Shown: positions 17,680-31,642 of the stretch, in pieces
How the letters are laid out: each line of letters starts with the position of its first letter
Position numbering within the stretch: the first letter of the stretch is position 1
DNA from: Flaccisagitta enflata
Lineage: Eukaryota
Direction: 5' to 3'
Assembly (NCBI GenBank): GCA_965153355.1
Contig: OZ231126.1
Span: 17,980,001 to 18,044,000 of the forward strand
DNA length: 64,000 nt
The notes under the pieces: model-generated
What the model was told of the DNA's origin: nothing
What the model saw: only the letters and a program-made list of their open reading frames with translations
Database searches by the model: none
Made by a program: the position numbers and the translations under genes

Positions 17680-18237
17680 TTTGGAAAAAAGTCGAAGAGA
17701 CAAAGTCCCTTCGGTCTTTTTGAGTCCTGCAGAGAAAAACGGATTTCCCTTTGTTTTATGAAGCGCTTGAGAAAGTTGGTGCATTTTGGGGGCAGAACGA
17801 GACTACGCATGAAATTTATAGCTAAGAAAGAGCTAATTCTCCTCTTTCAGATGACGCCAAGCAGAATTCTGTGCGATCAATAGTTTTGGAGCTATAATTT
17901 TTTAAATCTTTTTTCATTTTTCCGCATTTTTCGCGGTTTCCCAAAAACCAAGGATTCGAGTCTATTTGAACTTTGAAATGTCCCCGGTGATAATTGTGCA
18001 TCCTGGCAGCACAGTCTCTCTCTCATTTCAATTCCAGACTCTATGAGAGGCTTTGTCTGTCAGTCCATCCATTAGTCTGTTGGTTCGTCTGTCCATCCAA
18101 GTGGGAAAAAAATGGTCTAGATGCTTGTGTGTGAGGGTTGGGGTGTGGATGGGGATTGGATGCCCTTGTCCACCTGTCCCCAATGATAACCCCGTGTTAC
18201 ATGTTTTTCTCTGTTTCTCTCTCTGTCTCTTTCTTCT

Positions 18238-18326
<89 letters not shown>

Positions 18327-18372
18327 CAGCATTTACGACTTTTTTCCTACGGCGATTAGCCGCCTTTATTGG
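17680..18372 (+). mobile_element. Helitron/Helentron-like element (copy 3) inserted without TSD into a HINE-like host (17527-18397)
   Basis: Removing it restores the host gcctctta|tagagttgcg exactly. Subterminal inverted motif ggaaaaaagtcg / cgacttttttcc and a 3' hairpin ggcgattagccgcc. Confidence 0.75.
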
Positions 18373-18502
18373 TAGAGTTGCGTCTCCGCAACTAAAAAGA
18401 ATCAGGTGGTTGTCTTAAGTATCCTATTACTATTAGCAACAAAGGTTCTTTTCGCGACAGTCCGATCTAAAAGCGGCCAACCAGGGAAGTAGGGGAGTTA
18501 GA

Positions 18503-18668
18503 TTTTTAGTTGCGGACACGCAACTCTATAAGAGGCTTTGTCCGTCGGTCTGTCCGTCCGTCGGTCCGTCCATCGGTCCGTAATGATCGAGTCGAAAAGT
18601 GGGAAAACGCGCATTTCCGCCCCTGCCCACCCGTCCTCAACTGGTGGCCGTGTATCCGGCCTTGTTTA
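18503..18668 (+). mobile_element. HINE-like dispersed repeat copy (others at ~12362, 22836-23200, 25305, 29590, 31895-32057, 36082, 47160-47430)
   Basis: ttttagttgcggacacgcaactcta..(GTCC)n..ggccgtgtatccggccttgttt. Confidence 0.7.
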
Positions 18669-19129
18669 GTACTGCCATCCCAAATTGGTGTCCTGAGATG
18701 TTCAGCATCACTAAAACTGAAAATTCCTCAATGCTATGTTTATGGTGATAAACTACTTTTGTTTGTAATAGAAAATAATTTGGTTTTGATCAATCAACAT
18801 TTCACGATAGTTTCTATTTTGTTGTTAAGTGTTAAATTATGACATAGAAGATTCATTCCTGCATCATTTTATCTTGCAAAATCATCAATTACGGTATCCA
18901 TTTTATCCTGTGTTTTTTTTTTATCTTCTTTTTTTCATCATTTTTCTTTTTCTTTTTTTTTTTCTCTTTTTTTTTCTTTTTTCTTCTGCTTCCCTTTATC
19001 TCTTCCTTCTTCTTTCAACTTCTTCACTTTGTCTTCTTGCCTCTCTCTCTGTCTGTTTATTTGTCTGTGTGTCTGTCTGTCTGTCTATCTCTCTTTGTCT
19101 GTCTGTCTATCTCTCTCTCTCTCTTTTTC

Positions 19130-19208
<79 letters not shown>

Positions 19209-20191
19209 CTTTGGAAAAATATTGATGTCCCGACAGAAGGTATAGGTACTGACATGGCAGTAGTGGCAGTAGCTACTCCTACGTCCAACAAAATCTGTAT
19301 GCCAACATACAGTTCATCCTCTGCTTTATTCATATCCTCATCAGTTCATTCTTACATTCTTGCATTCATCCATCTATTCATTCATTCATTCAGTCATTCA
19401 CTTAAGAGTTAAGAATGCAGTTACTCATTAATTCTTTCATGAGTTCATTGATTCAGAAAGTCCCAGTCACATCTGTCGGCTCTGCCAGTGTAGATTCTCT
19501 TGCTGACATTTATTTGCTCTTACAGATATCATCCTTTCTCATTAAGCAGCACTAATGATAAAAAAATAAGAAGAAGCAAAAGCAAATCTAGAGGAGGATT
19601 CTCTACTTTTAGAACGACGACAGTCACTGATGACGTCAATCGTCTTTATACTACAGCGAGACCTCCGCATAAAGGTTTCGATGGGACTGGATATTTTTGA
19701 CTACAATTTCTTTTTAAGAGACATGAGCCTGATACTCGCCAAAATTTTAAGAACAAAATAAGAGAATGCTAGGCTGAGATTCAGTCTTTGCCATTTTTAT
19801 AAAAAAATTGTTTTAGTTCCTCATAAAAAGAATAAAAAATCTTTCAGAAATATAGGTGGTTTATCTGTAGGAATAACTTCTTTTTTTAGTTTGCCTATGA
19901 AATATGGCACTACATTCTAAAAGCCATGATAATGATCAAGTTTAAGATACAATTGTTCTAAACAAGGTATTTACTTACGATTTTTATATTTATAAACATT
20001 AAAGAAATTAAGAACACGTTAAGAGAATTTCAGGCTCAAAACGGCCGAAAATTTAAGAACACCCAGGCTGAGTTAAAAAAAGTTGTCTCTTACATAAAAA
20101 AGTGTATTAAAGAGGGGCATGGTTATCATAAAGCTTAATCTCTGTTTTATCATCATGATACGAAAAGAATATTTCATATGTTATATTATTA

Positions 20192-21534
20192 CAGGGAGTG
20201 TCATGCCAAATTAGATATAAGAAAACGATAGCATTCTGCTTCCAAAAAATAGTTCTGAAAAAAGATTCAAAGAGCACATGAGCTCAGGTTTTTTTAGTAA
20301 AAATTTCATGGGTCTGGGTCAAATATTCTAGCCACAACATCAATTTGAAGCGAACTAAGCATTTAGAGGAGAAACTTTTTGCACATGATTTTGATTTTTG
20401 AAAGTTTTTTTTTCAATTGCTCTTAACAGTGGCCAAAATAAAAACCGGACGCTCAGTTTTTCATGATTGACTGAATACTGCACATACTTTTTACTTAAAA
20501 TCCATGAGCATTTTAAAGAGCTTCAAAAACTCTACAAATCTAGACCAAGCAGAAACTTCTAGCTTAAGTCGTTTTGAAATGACATAAGATTGAAATTCAA
20601 CACCCATTTTCTTGGAAGCAAATTACTGTGCCTGACAATAAGACACTTTTTGTTTCACATATTGTGTACAATAAAGAAATCAAATAAATGGAATGAAATT
20701 CAAGGTAAAATTGAAGTATTTTTAATTCTCTACAAGATGGAATCAAGCAGAAATCATGATTCTTCTTCGTTTACAAGCTACAGTGGAGCTTCACTAGAGC
20801 GCACCCGCTAATAAGGCATGCCCGCCTATAAGGCATTAAAATTGCAGTTTCATGAGAAATTTTATAGTTATTTTTATATTGGTAATAAGGCAGCTTCACT
20901 ATAAGGCATAATTTAGCCCAGTCCCCTGAAATGCGCTCTAGTGAAGCCTAACTGTATATTAATTCAAAGTTGGTTACTTTAAAAAGATTGATTCCAGATT
21001 CGAGATTTCTGAGTGGTTATCTTTAAAGCATCATAACTTCTAAAGTTTTGAAGCTACAATGTTCTGTGAGAGCTCAAATGAAAGATATTTCGAAGCTCTT
21101 TGAAACCATCATGGATTTTAAGGGTTTATCTTTCTTAGTTACTGAGCAATCCTTGATGAAAAAACAGGGTCCCGTTTTTTTTTTTTGCCATCGTTATTTC
21201 TAAACAGCTTGAGCCACATATGCCAGATTGGTCTCAAATAAAAGAAAATTTGGTAAGCTTTAATATGGGACCAATCTGGCATCTGTAACTTAAAAATAAG
21301 AGCAATTAAAAAAAACTTTCAGAATCAAAATCATGTCCAAAGTGGTTCTCTTCTAAATGCTCAATTTACTTCAAATTTATGTTGTGGCTAAAATATTTGA
21401 CCCAGACTCATGAAATTTTTACATAAAATATCGGAGCTCATGTGCTCTTTGAATCTTTTTTCAAAACTATTTTTGCACTTTTACTAGCAGAATGCCATTG
21501 TTTTCTTATATCTAATTTGGCATGATACACCCTG
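20192..21534. mobile_element. Tc1/mariner-type non-autonomous element with ~240-bp TIRs; nested 174-bp MITE at 20781-20954
   Basis: ta|cagggagtgtcatgccaaattagatataagaaaac ... gttttcttatatctaatttggcatgatacaccctg|ta. Confidence 0.88.
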
Positions 21535-23594
21535 TATTAGTGGGGGGACTACAGAGCTTCATAGGGGCAAATAAGAGAGATACACCACCCATACGGCGAC
21601 CAATGTCTGGTGGAACATCTCTCTCAACAATCTGAAACGTCTGATGGACCTAAAAATGTTGAAAAAATCGCCCACATCCAGCATCTTTATCATCTATGTG
21701 AACGATCAAAATTCCCTTTGAAATCGCTGCAATTTTACCTCTTTTCACTGCAAATTGTAAAATGTTTTCTTTGCTATTCCTTGACAAATTGGTAAAAATC
21801 CTTGGGGCTGGTCTTGTTTGAAAGATATTAAGTAGTAGAACATAAAATAAGGAGAAGTAGCTGATAGGGGTCCCTGTGGGGCCCTCCGGGGGTCCTCAAA
21901 GGGCCCCCCAAATGACCAAAATAGCTGAAAATGGCTAAAAAATGAGGGGTTTTGGAGTTGTTTCTACTCAAATGTTATTGGGGAGGACAATTCTATGTTA
22001 AGATGCTGTCACCTGGTTTGGAGCAACAAAAGAAAAGGTCAGGGGCCCCTCAGGGACCCATTCAGGGGGCCCCTAGATGCTCCAAAAGGCTTAAAATGGG
22101 TAATAATGGCCAAAATTTAAGCAGTTTTGACGATGAAGGACCTAGTAATCTGTTTAGCTTCCCTCATCAAAGCGGCAGAACTAGATGAGATTAAAAGCTG
22201 AAGACCCCTGTTGAACCCATACAAACGCCTTGTGGGAACCGTGATAGCCAAAAGTGACCAAATCTTTACATTTTTTAATGTAATTCATCTTTCAAAAAGT
22301 TTTAATTTCTGATCAATTTCCACAATATAAAGGGTTTTTCATGTGATTTTGAATACGGTATGTAATAGGTGATTGATAAAAAAATAAAACTAAAAATTGC
22401 TGCAAGTTGCTGCATGTTGCTGCATGTTGCTGTCGGTATGTTGGTAATTTGGGCCAAAAATGCTGCCATTGAGTCTTTTAGTTTTAAATATGCAACTCTG
22501 TCAGAAGCTTTATCCATCTGTCTGTCGGTTCATTCATCATTGACTGTCTATCCATCCATCAGCGTATCTGTCCATCTGTCCCTCCATCCCTACAATCATG
22601 ACAGATTTGATCATTGGAACGTAATGTTAAAGTTTTAAATCTCAATTCTGCCCCTGCCAGTATTTTTGTAACATGTTTAAATAGCAAATGTCAGTTGTTA
22701 AATAGTAAACTTGCTAATAGCCTTTGGCAATTGTCTGTTTGTCTTTCTTTCTGTCCATCTATCTGTTCATCCATCTGTCCATCCAATCCTATGTCCATTC
22801 ATCCATCCACCCATAACATCCATTAGCATGTTACAAAAACAAGGCCGGATACACGGCAGTCCAGTCGCGGACGGTTGGGCAGGAGCAGTAATGCAAAAAC
22901 TGCTTGGAATTCAAAAATGTGACCGACCAACCGACCGACTGACCAACCAACAGACCGACCGACATGGCAAGGTGTGGAGTTGCGTGTCCGCGACTAACAA
23001 GTAAGACCAGATCCACGGCTACTCCAGTTGTGTACGGGTGGGCAGGGCCCGTAATTGAGGTCACCAGATCATTTGGGCAGGAGCAGAGAGACCAAAAACC
23101 ACAAAAAAAAAACAAAAAAGTTAAGTGTGACCAACGGACAGACCAATGGACCGGCGGACCGACCCACACACAAACAGACTGATAACGCGGGTTGTAGAGT
23201 AAAATTGCGTAGGTTCAAAAAGATACATCTTTAGATCAACATCATCGTTTTCTATTATGTTCATTTGCACCCAATGCCTAACTATGCATGATTATGATAA
23301 TGAGTGTGAGGAGGCAGAGCAGCAACCCTGAGGGCCCTGAACTACCCTGAGTGACCACCGTGAATGGACAAAGTGGGGTAAAGAGTTACGTGGCACGCAA
23401 CTGTCAAGTGACTTAAACAGTTGGCAACTGTTTAGCATGCATCTAAAAATTGCACTAACTTAAATTTCTAGGTTGAGTGTTCCTACTCAAGAACAAGCCC
23501 AATCAGGCAATGATGCATCCAGACTGTGTCTCTGCGAGTATTGAATTAGGCGCTAAACAAGTGAAATATATGGTGAGACCGATCAACAAACAGA

Positions 23595-24418
23595 CACGGC
23601 GTCCAGGAACAAACCATAGGTCGAAAAAAATGGTCAAGACTCCTGACTTGAGAAAAAGTCTTTTTTGATGCATTAGCTATCAATTTATAGCAAAAATAAA
23701 AAAATTGGCTTGGAAATATAGAATTCAAAGCTTAAAGATAGCAAAAATGAAGTATTTTTATATATTTTTTATGTCAGAAATTAGGTTGGTAGCTTCAAGC
23801 TGTTTGAAAAATATCTGAAAAGTGTGGCAATAGTTGCTGTAATAATGCTTTTACCTATTTGGTTAGTTTAGAAGGTTATTTTATAGATAAAAACTAAAAA
23901 ACTATTTCAAACTATCAAATTGATTTTTTTTCAGCCTATTTTTATAATTACTTCTTTAAAATTCATGAAGACTATGAAATGTGTTTAAATATTATTGAAA
24001 TACACATGCTGGAATATAATCCAGCTAGTTTTAACAAATATTTGATAGATTAGAGTTATGAAATAGCAAAAAATAACAAAAAATATTCATTTTACAACAG
24101 TTTTTGGCATTTTTTTGTTTTGATTATTGGAAAAATCAGTCTAAACAAACTGAAGTAAGTAAAAGCATTAGTGCAACCACTGCAGCCAAACTTTTCATAT
24201 ATTTCTACATACTTTTACAAGCTATGAATATAATTTTTAATCTAAAACATGCTTAAAAATGCCTTTTTTGGCTATCATTTGACCATCAATTCTATATTTC
24301 TAAGCAGATTTTTTTATTTTTACCATTAATTTGTAGCTAATGCATCAAAAAAGACATTTCCCCAGGTCAGGAGTCTTGACCATTTTTTTAGACCTAGAGT
24401 TTGTTCTTGGACGCCGTG
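23595..24418. mobile_element. Palindromic TIR element with CAC termini (Transib/CACTA-like)
   Basis: cacggcgtccaggaacaaac.. / ..gtttgttcttggacgccgtg with long imperfect arms. Flanks acaga/gcaga are a possible 5-bp TSD with one mismatch. Confidence 0.75.
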
Positions 24419-27010
24419 GCAGACAGAGTAAAGAAGGAGGCTCTCAAAACACCTTTGTTGATCCTTTTACTTAGTGTAGGATCTCACTGTGGCAAAAAAT
24501 AGCCAAGAAATAGTTTTTACTCAGGTGAAACGGACTAACAGAAGGAACTGATGGATGGACGGACCTCTTGTAGAGACATGTTCCTTATTTGATTTTTGAA
24601 TCCCTTCTTTATCTAATTCAACAAGGGGTTACAGAATCATTGCCGGGGGGGGGGGGATTGGAACTTACTCTCTCAAACTGGAGGGTTACATAAATGGAAA
24701 AACGGACACAGGTAAGTGTTGTAGTGGGGAAGATTGGGTGGCCGGACAAACTTAAGTACCAAGAAACACTTTACTTTTCCACAGCACAAGCTATGTCAAT
24801 ATATATTAATACAGGGTTACAGTAGCGAGATTAAAATATAAGTATGCGCAGTAAATCGGGCATAACAACAATCAAAGGAGATCAAGCCAGCACAGACCAC
24901 TAAATCCCACCCTGATGAGAAATAAGCCCCTAACGTTACTTTATCCCACAAGTCACTTATAGACAGCAAACAAAATATTCTTTTCATACTTTTTTTATAG
25001 AGTCGCGAGACTGAAAATGAAATCACTCAGTAAATCATATCCTCAATCTTGCTTTTCAGTAGCATTATATTTGTTATATTTTAAGTTGCGGAAACGCAAC
25101 ACTTTGATAGGCATTTTCCATCTGTTTGTCTGGCCGTCATTTGGCTGTCCATGATACTCACCTAGGACTGTTTGTGTGTGTGTCATCTGTAAAAGGAAAT
25201 ATAATCCTAGCTTGAATGTTCAAGATAAATGTAAGGCTGCTGTGCAGGTAAAATATCCCAGACCGCTTGCCTTATGCTTCCCTGCGTCACCCTGTAGCAA
25301 GGGAACAAGGCTGGATACACGGCCGATAAGTAGTTGCTTGTGAGTGGGCAGGGGCAGTAATGCAGGTGGGCAGGGGAAGTATGAGAGTGTGTGGGAGCTA
25401 TTTTGTGGCAGGGCAGGCGCAGTAATGCTCAGAAATTGCAAGTCTGTTCAATTTTCTGTCATCCTAATTTTCACATTCCAGAAACACAGACCAACCTTCC
25501 AAGGGACACACCCTCCTCTTTAGTCGCTTAGCAAGCTACTAAAAGTATCCCAAGCAGCGTTCTTGCTGCAGCTTGCTGCAGCTTGCTGCATAGGATAATA
25601 TCTCAAAAAGACAATCAACAAGTTAAAACTGGCTTTAATCAGAAGATCATATTGTCCAAATTGTGTTTTCAAAAATATTTTTAACCAAATTTTCAAAAGC
25701 GATAAAAGCTAGTTGGAATGGTAAAATATATCAAGGAGCTTGCTTACTGGTTGCAACTTGCTGCAGCTTTCTGCACCCTTACTGCAGCTTGCTGCAGATT
25801 GCTGCAAAGGTGAAATATACCAGATGCAGCAGACAAATATTTACAAAGTTCATACTGAGATCATTCAGGAAATCTCATCCACCAAATTGTGGTGTCAATC
25901 GCCTTTTTGATCAAATTTTCAAAGTCTGTAGGACATTGCTGCAAATGTAAGGAAGCCGTAGAAGCTTATTTTCATGCTGCAGATTGCTGAACAAAAATTC
26001 TCTAAGCAAGTGTCGATCTACAAAATGAAAGCTGCAATCACTCAAGAAATCATTACCTTCAAAATATCTTTTCCATTGTTATTCTGTAATCTCGAATATT
26101 AGGAACTTGCCACAATTAGTCCCCCAAAGTGCAGCAACTTGCAGCAACCACTGTTTTCTTTTTTGTTTCACTCTCTTTTGCACTGTTTTTTGCACACATC
26201 TATATCAATCAGCATTACCAACCATCTTATATTGTTGTGACCAAGCATTTATCATGTTAGATGACATTCAAAGGATCAAAAAAAGATGATAAACCCGAGT
26301 TTTGGCCAGAAATTCTTAGGTCTTATATAGACGACATACATAGTGGATGTGGGCGATTTTTTCAGCAACTTGGGGCACAGGAAATGATGCAGATCGTTCA
26401 AGATGTTACTACTACAGACTTTAGTCGCCGTATGGGAAAAAAATTGGTTCTCTCCTCTCCCTACCTGTATAAGATAAATGCTGACAAGAATATAAAATCA
26501 ATTTACGATATTAATTTTTAATAATTTTGTTAGCAAAAAATTCATGAAAATATTTTTATTATTCAATATCTTGCCATTTTTTTCCAATATCAAACAAAAT
26601 AAGTTATCCTTATTAAAGGGGAGGTTACCTAAATTAGAGGGCTTAAACGATTTGACCTTAGAAGGCGGGTCATTGTTGGGTACAATTGTACGATCATCTG
26701 TGATCTTTTGTTTTTAAGACTTTTTAAGCGGTTTTTTAAATTAGGGTTAGGGTTGGGTTTAGGGTTAGGGTTGGGGATAGTTTTAGGGTTAGGGTTAAGG
26801 ACAGGGTTAGCTTTAGGGCTAAGGGTTGGCTGGGTTTTATGTAACACGGCCGGAAGCTATTCGAATTAAAGCTTCGCTCTGGCGGAGGATTCGGAAAGGA
26901 AAAAAAACCGTGCAGAGAATCATTCATTTTTTCCCATTGTTGTAGCAGGGGCTGTTAAGCAGGGGTAATTTAACATTATAAAAGCCTTAATAACTTAGGG
27001 ATTTATGTAT

Positions 27011-27423
27011 GGTAGATGTAGTCTAGACTTGGAAATACGGGGGAATTCATATTTAGAAAACAAACGTAAAAGACTGATTTTTGAATTCATACTAATAAAG
27101 GGATGCTTTATTGATTGATCAGTGTTGGTTGCCATGAAAACACATTTCCTCATATTCTTTAATATCAATATTTTGACAAATATTTCAAGAGAGTAATGCT
27201 TTAAATCAAATTTGCAACAACTACCCCACAGTATATTCATTAGGATATCTCTGGTTTAGCCGTTGCTTGGGCGCACAGCTATGTGTGAGAACCTTGTGAT
27301 CCTCCCTAGCAACCACCAAACAAGTGATATTCTTGCTGGCCACAAGCGATGTTTCCTTATAAAATTTGTCAAAATATTGATATTTTAGTGGGGATACATA
27401 GAAATTCTATACGACATCTACTG
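27011..27423. mobile_element. Degraded copy of the 5114-6245 MITE family
   Basis: gtagatgtagtctagacttggaaatacgggg ... cgacatctactg|ta. Confidence 0.65.
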
Positions 27424-27794
27424 TATCTTGTCCTTTAAAGGCAGGGCACCTGTCAAGGCATTGTTATGAAGATACGATATGACCTTTATGATAAATACTC
27501 TAGAACTAGAGGCTCATTCAGAATGAGAGATTCGCTAGAGATGAGGTTATCAGAATGATTTTGGCACAAATTTCGCCTTTGTTCCACATATATATTGCCC
27601 CAGATCTTTGTTACATTCATAAAACGGTTTTACAATGCATTGTAGGGCAAGAGGTGCAAGTGACACGTCAATATTGACGTTGATAATAGGCTGAAGCCAT
27701 GAATTGAAGGACCTGAGAGGTTGAGCAAAAACGTCAATCTTCTGTTTTTAGCAACAAGACGATTTGCCCGTTGTCAAAAAGTGCGTCATTCGTC

Positions 27795-27840
27795 ATGAAC
27801 AAGAGGACAATTCCGACGGTGAAAAACATTTGGGCTCAGG

Positions 27841-27934
<94 letters not shown>

Positions 27935-28036
27935 CGATGAAAGTAACGACTGTTGGTACGAAAACCCCGTGTTCGTTACCGAGGAAGATGAAGATGGAAG
28001 CGAAAGGATTCCACCGGCAAGCGATCGGCCGCCATG
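27795..28036 (+). CDS. Chs: Chitin synthase-like gene, probable coding exon 1 (poly-Asn, YENPVF); acceptor at 27751 upstream of the ATG
   Basis: MNKRTIPTVKNIWAQD(N)31DESNDCWYENPVFVTEEDEDGSERIPPASDRPP. Donor tg|gtacac is phase 2 and matches exon 2; an alternative same-phase donor follows 28051. Supported by phase only, no homology. Confidence 0.6.
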
Positions 28037-28118
28037 GTACACGCTTGTGTGGTGAAAGTGATATTGAGTATACCCATCAGAATGATACATAATATGCATG
28101 GGGAAGCGGAGCGAGGAA

Positions 28119-28218
<100 letters not shown>

Positions 28219-28221
28219 ACA

Positions 28222-28525
28222 CACAGTGGTCACGAAATAGGGTCAAATTTCAAAAAATGATATACTCTAGTTTTTTGCATAAATGTACTAAAAAAGAAGG
28301 TCTTCCCACAAGTAGAGGTCTGAATTTGAAGATTAAACCATGGCGGCAAAAGTATAGGCTTCCTATGGCAATAAAAAAATCCCCATAGCAACCCTATAGT
28401 TTTGCCGACAAGGTTTCTTGTTTGATTTCACACCCCAGCTTGTGAGAAATCCTTCTTTTATTGGACATTTGTGCAAAGGGCTCAAGTATATCAATATATG
28501 AAATTTGACCCTATTCGGGACCACC
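28222..28525. mobile_element. Palindromic MITE between (GA)n and (CA)n tracts in intron 1
   Basis: ggtcacgaaatagggtcaaatttca / tgaaatttgaccctattcgggacc, with internal symmetry. Confidence 0.75.
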
Positions 28526-28526
28526 C

Positions 28527-28694
<168 letters not shown>

Positions 28695-28734
28695 CGATGT
28701 AGTATGATTTACTTTGTCTTTTATGTTGCATTAG

Positions 28735-29044
28735 TCTGCCACCTAAATTCGTATACACGATGGATTCCGAAGACGACTGCTCTAGAAGCAAAGGCGTCAG
28801 CGTCGCTGCCACCACCACCACCACCACAACCACCGCTGCCGCCACTACCACCACTGCCACCACTACGACAGCTGCCTCCGCCGCCTCCGCCTCCAACCAC
28901 GACGGAGCCAATACGTATTTCAGGAAGCAGAGTTTAGTTCCGTCGACAGATTACAGAATGGAGGCCAAACTGTCGGACGCATCCTCGATTTGGGATCATG
29001 ATATCTTCGAGATGGAAGAAGCAAAGCCATCTGTCGCTTCCAAG
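28735..29044 (+). CDS. Chs: Chitin synthase-like gene exon 2
   Basis: gcattag|t-LPPKFVYTMDSEDD..(T/A-rich)..SSIWDHDIFEMEEAKPSVASK|gtgtgt. Phase 2 in, phase 0 out. WDHDIF resembles the WDxF motif before the first TM of animal CHS. Confidence 0.72.
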
Positions 29045-29729
29045 GTGTGTTTACAAATAACTTTGAAAAAAAAACAGACCACTTTAAAAATGGAGCAGAA
29101 AAACGCATTTATCGCTTCCATGGTTGCTTAACAAACAAGTAACAAGCTCGATCTTGCAACGATGCGTCCCGACTGTCTTTACTGAATTTAGAGGAACGGA
29201 TGGACAGACAGACAGACTGAAAAGGACCATCGAACAAGTCCTACAAAACACCTTAGAGATCGTTTTAGTTGGTGTGCGAGAACATAGCGGCAAAAAGGTG
29301 CCGAGAAATGTGTTTTTTGCAAAGGCGTAATAGATGGAGATATACCGATGGATGGATGGACCGACAGACGGACTGATAGACCGACTTCTTGAACAGATGC
29401 AAGACGCATTTTCAAAGACAGAAAAAGTGTTACGGGCGTGGACGCGATTAAAAACAAAACAAGACGTCACAAAAACAAAACAGAACAAACCCACTTGCGC
29501 TATCCGGGTGATATTCGCGGACAGGTGTAAGAGACAAAATGAAGGACGGGCATGCAGGTGGACAAACGCGCCTATAGGCATCTTAAACAGGGCCGGATAC
29601 ACGGTGAAAAATTAGTCGCTGGCGGGTGGACAGGGGCAGTAGTTCGGGTTGGCAGAGGCGGTATGGGGCAGGGCGGGGGCTCCCATATGGCTCAGCAGGG
29701 CCAGGGGCAGTGATGCTCAGAAATCACTA

Positions 29730-30070
29730 CCGTATTTCCTCCGATTAGCGCCCCTTCTCTTATTAGCGCCCCCCCTCTTTTGAAAAACAATCTCATCTTA
29801 ATTATGCTTGTCATTTCATTGAAAATTACAAATAAACATAGAAAATATATATTTTTTCATTGTATTTTTGTATCTTTCTAGCTTAATATATGGATTTTTT
29901 TTAAATCAAACATTTTTATCTTTTTCTATTTTAAATCTTCTGTTTTACCCTACGTTCAGTATTTTATTCTTTATCTGACATGCTACAGGGGGCGCTAATC
30001 AGGAGGTAAAATGGCCAGGGTTATTTTATAATTTTGTAAGCGCCCTGGGCGCTAATTAGAGGAAATACGG
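29730..30070. mobile_element. CCGTA-terminus MITE (same family as 876-1212) nested in a HINE-like repeat
   Basis: ta|ccgtatttcctccgattagcgccc ... gggcgctaattagaggaaatacgg|ta. Confidence 0.85.
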
Positions 30071-30616
30071 TAGTTCAGCTGATTTTGCGCCATCTAAATT
30101 TTCGCGTTACTTTGCCAGCGACTAAAAATAGAATAAGACTTTGTCATTGACACTTCACTCGTCGAGTGCCACTCGCGTAAAGTTCTAAATCTGTCCGTAA
30201 GTGCGATTTTATATAGAATATTGGATGCTTAAAAAGGCGTCTTTCCAAAAAAGTCGCTCTCTTTGAAATATAGAGTTGTCGGAAGCTCGAGTGACGTATA
30301 AAAAGGCGTCTATCTAAATAAAGTTATGTTATATAAGATACTAAGTTTTCAGAAGCCCAAGAGACAAGATTTTAAGTCTTAGTTTACTTTTTTCAATTTT
30401 TTATATCATTTGGTATTTTTGGTATTAGACATGCGACGGTGAAGGCGGTAGGTTGGTCGATTGGTCAAAAAGATGTTTTGGTTTTTTTTTCGTACCTGCC
30501 CTATTTGATTTGTCTTGATTTTTTTTGTCTTCGTTTTAAAGCAGCATGATTATCTATCAGATGCTACCAAAAAAAAAAACGTTTACCTTTAATTTTCTGC
30601 TATTTCAAACACACAG

Positions 30617-30806
30617 ATCTCGTCGATGTGGCCGACGGTGTTGAAGCTTTTCAAGTTGTTCCTTTCCTTGTTGATTATGGTGCTGCTGTCGTTGTCGTTG
30701 GTGGTGCAAAAAGTCGCTTTTCTCGATATTCTATTCCTCATTTCCGTCCATAATTTCACTCTCGTACGAAACGAAACGAGATATGTGGAAGAAAAGCTGA
30801 TCTCAG
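30617..30806 (+). CDS. Chs: Chitin synthase-like gene exon 3 (first TM segment)
   Basis: acacag|ISSMWPTVLKLFKLFLSLLIMVLLSLSLVVQKVAFLDILFLIS..EEKLIS-g|gtggga. Resembles, from recall, the insect CHS 'VKILKIFAY..VIAKGT' segment. Phase 0 in, phase 1 out. Confidence 0.82.
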
Positions 30807-31344
30807 GTGGGAATCTGACTTGACCCGGCCTGTTCTACACAATAAACATGCTTGTTGGAGCTCTTCATATTCCTTACATCCAGGCTCGATCACCGTCACC
30901 TGTCTGTCTGTCCTCTATCTCGGGATTTACATTTATCCCGTTCTCTCATTTGGATTCCCAGACTGTCTGTCCATCTATATGTATAACCATGCCAAAATAA
31001 AAAAATGGCACACTCATTTTTACATGCAAATTTAATCGCTCTCTTTGAATTAAACTATAGAAAATCAGTGACCGTTAGAAAGATATTCAAAAATTCTTTA
31101 AAACTAGACCAAGCAGAATATTGTAAGTTTTTTTGTTTAGAAATTACAATTAAATGAAGTTGATTACCATGAGAGAATTGTGGTTACGTTTCTAAGGGCG
31201 GCCTCCTGGTTGTTAGGTATATGAAACAAAAGTTATTACCCTGACTTCCCCGCTTACCGTTCTCCGTTGCAACGGATACAAACTTACGACATATCTAGAT
31301 TCAAACCTTCGCTTGTCTTCGCCTGTCTAGACTAGAGGGATTTA

Positions 31345-31642
31345 CAGGCCTGATTTTAGAGGGAGCCCGCGAGCCCGATGCTCTCTATTTTGCGCTCGGG
31401 CTCTCATGACCCATGTTTTGCTAGCTCTGAGCCCGGCTGGCTCTCTCTTATTGATGGATAGATTCAAAGTGCTCAAGCTGATTGAGTGAAAAATATATGA
31501 AAAATCATCAATCAAGGCTGATATGGATGTAAAATTTGACATATAAGTTTTACCGGGCTCATGATTTTCCTCTCGGGCTCTGTCAAATTGTGAGAAGCGA
31601 GCCCAACTGGCTCAGTGAGAAAAATCACTAAAATCAGGCCTG
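31345..31642. mobile_element. hAT MITE
   Basis: TIR caggcctgattttag / ctaaaatcaggcctg. 8-bp TSD gggattta on both sides. Internal gagccc/gggctc motifs. Confidence 0.92.

Larger units (their letters stand above)
16427..19674 (+). other. Pair of phase-compatible exon-like segments (16427-16505, 19526-19674) of an unidentified gene
   Basis: tttttcacgcag|..IDANRKPDEIIEDRSPRSSLAQNLS-ag|gt, then tgctcttacag|a-YHPFSLSSTNDKKIRRSKSKSRGGFSTFRTTTVTDDVNRLYTTARPPHK-g|gt. No recognisable family. Confidence 0.35.
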
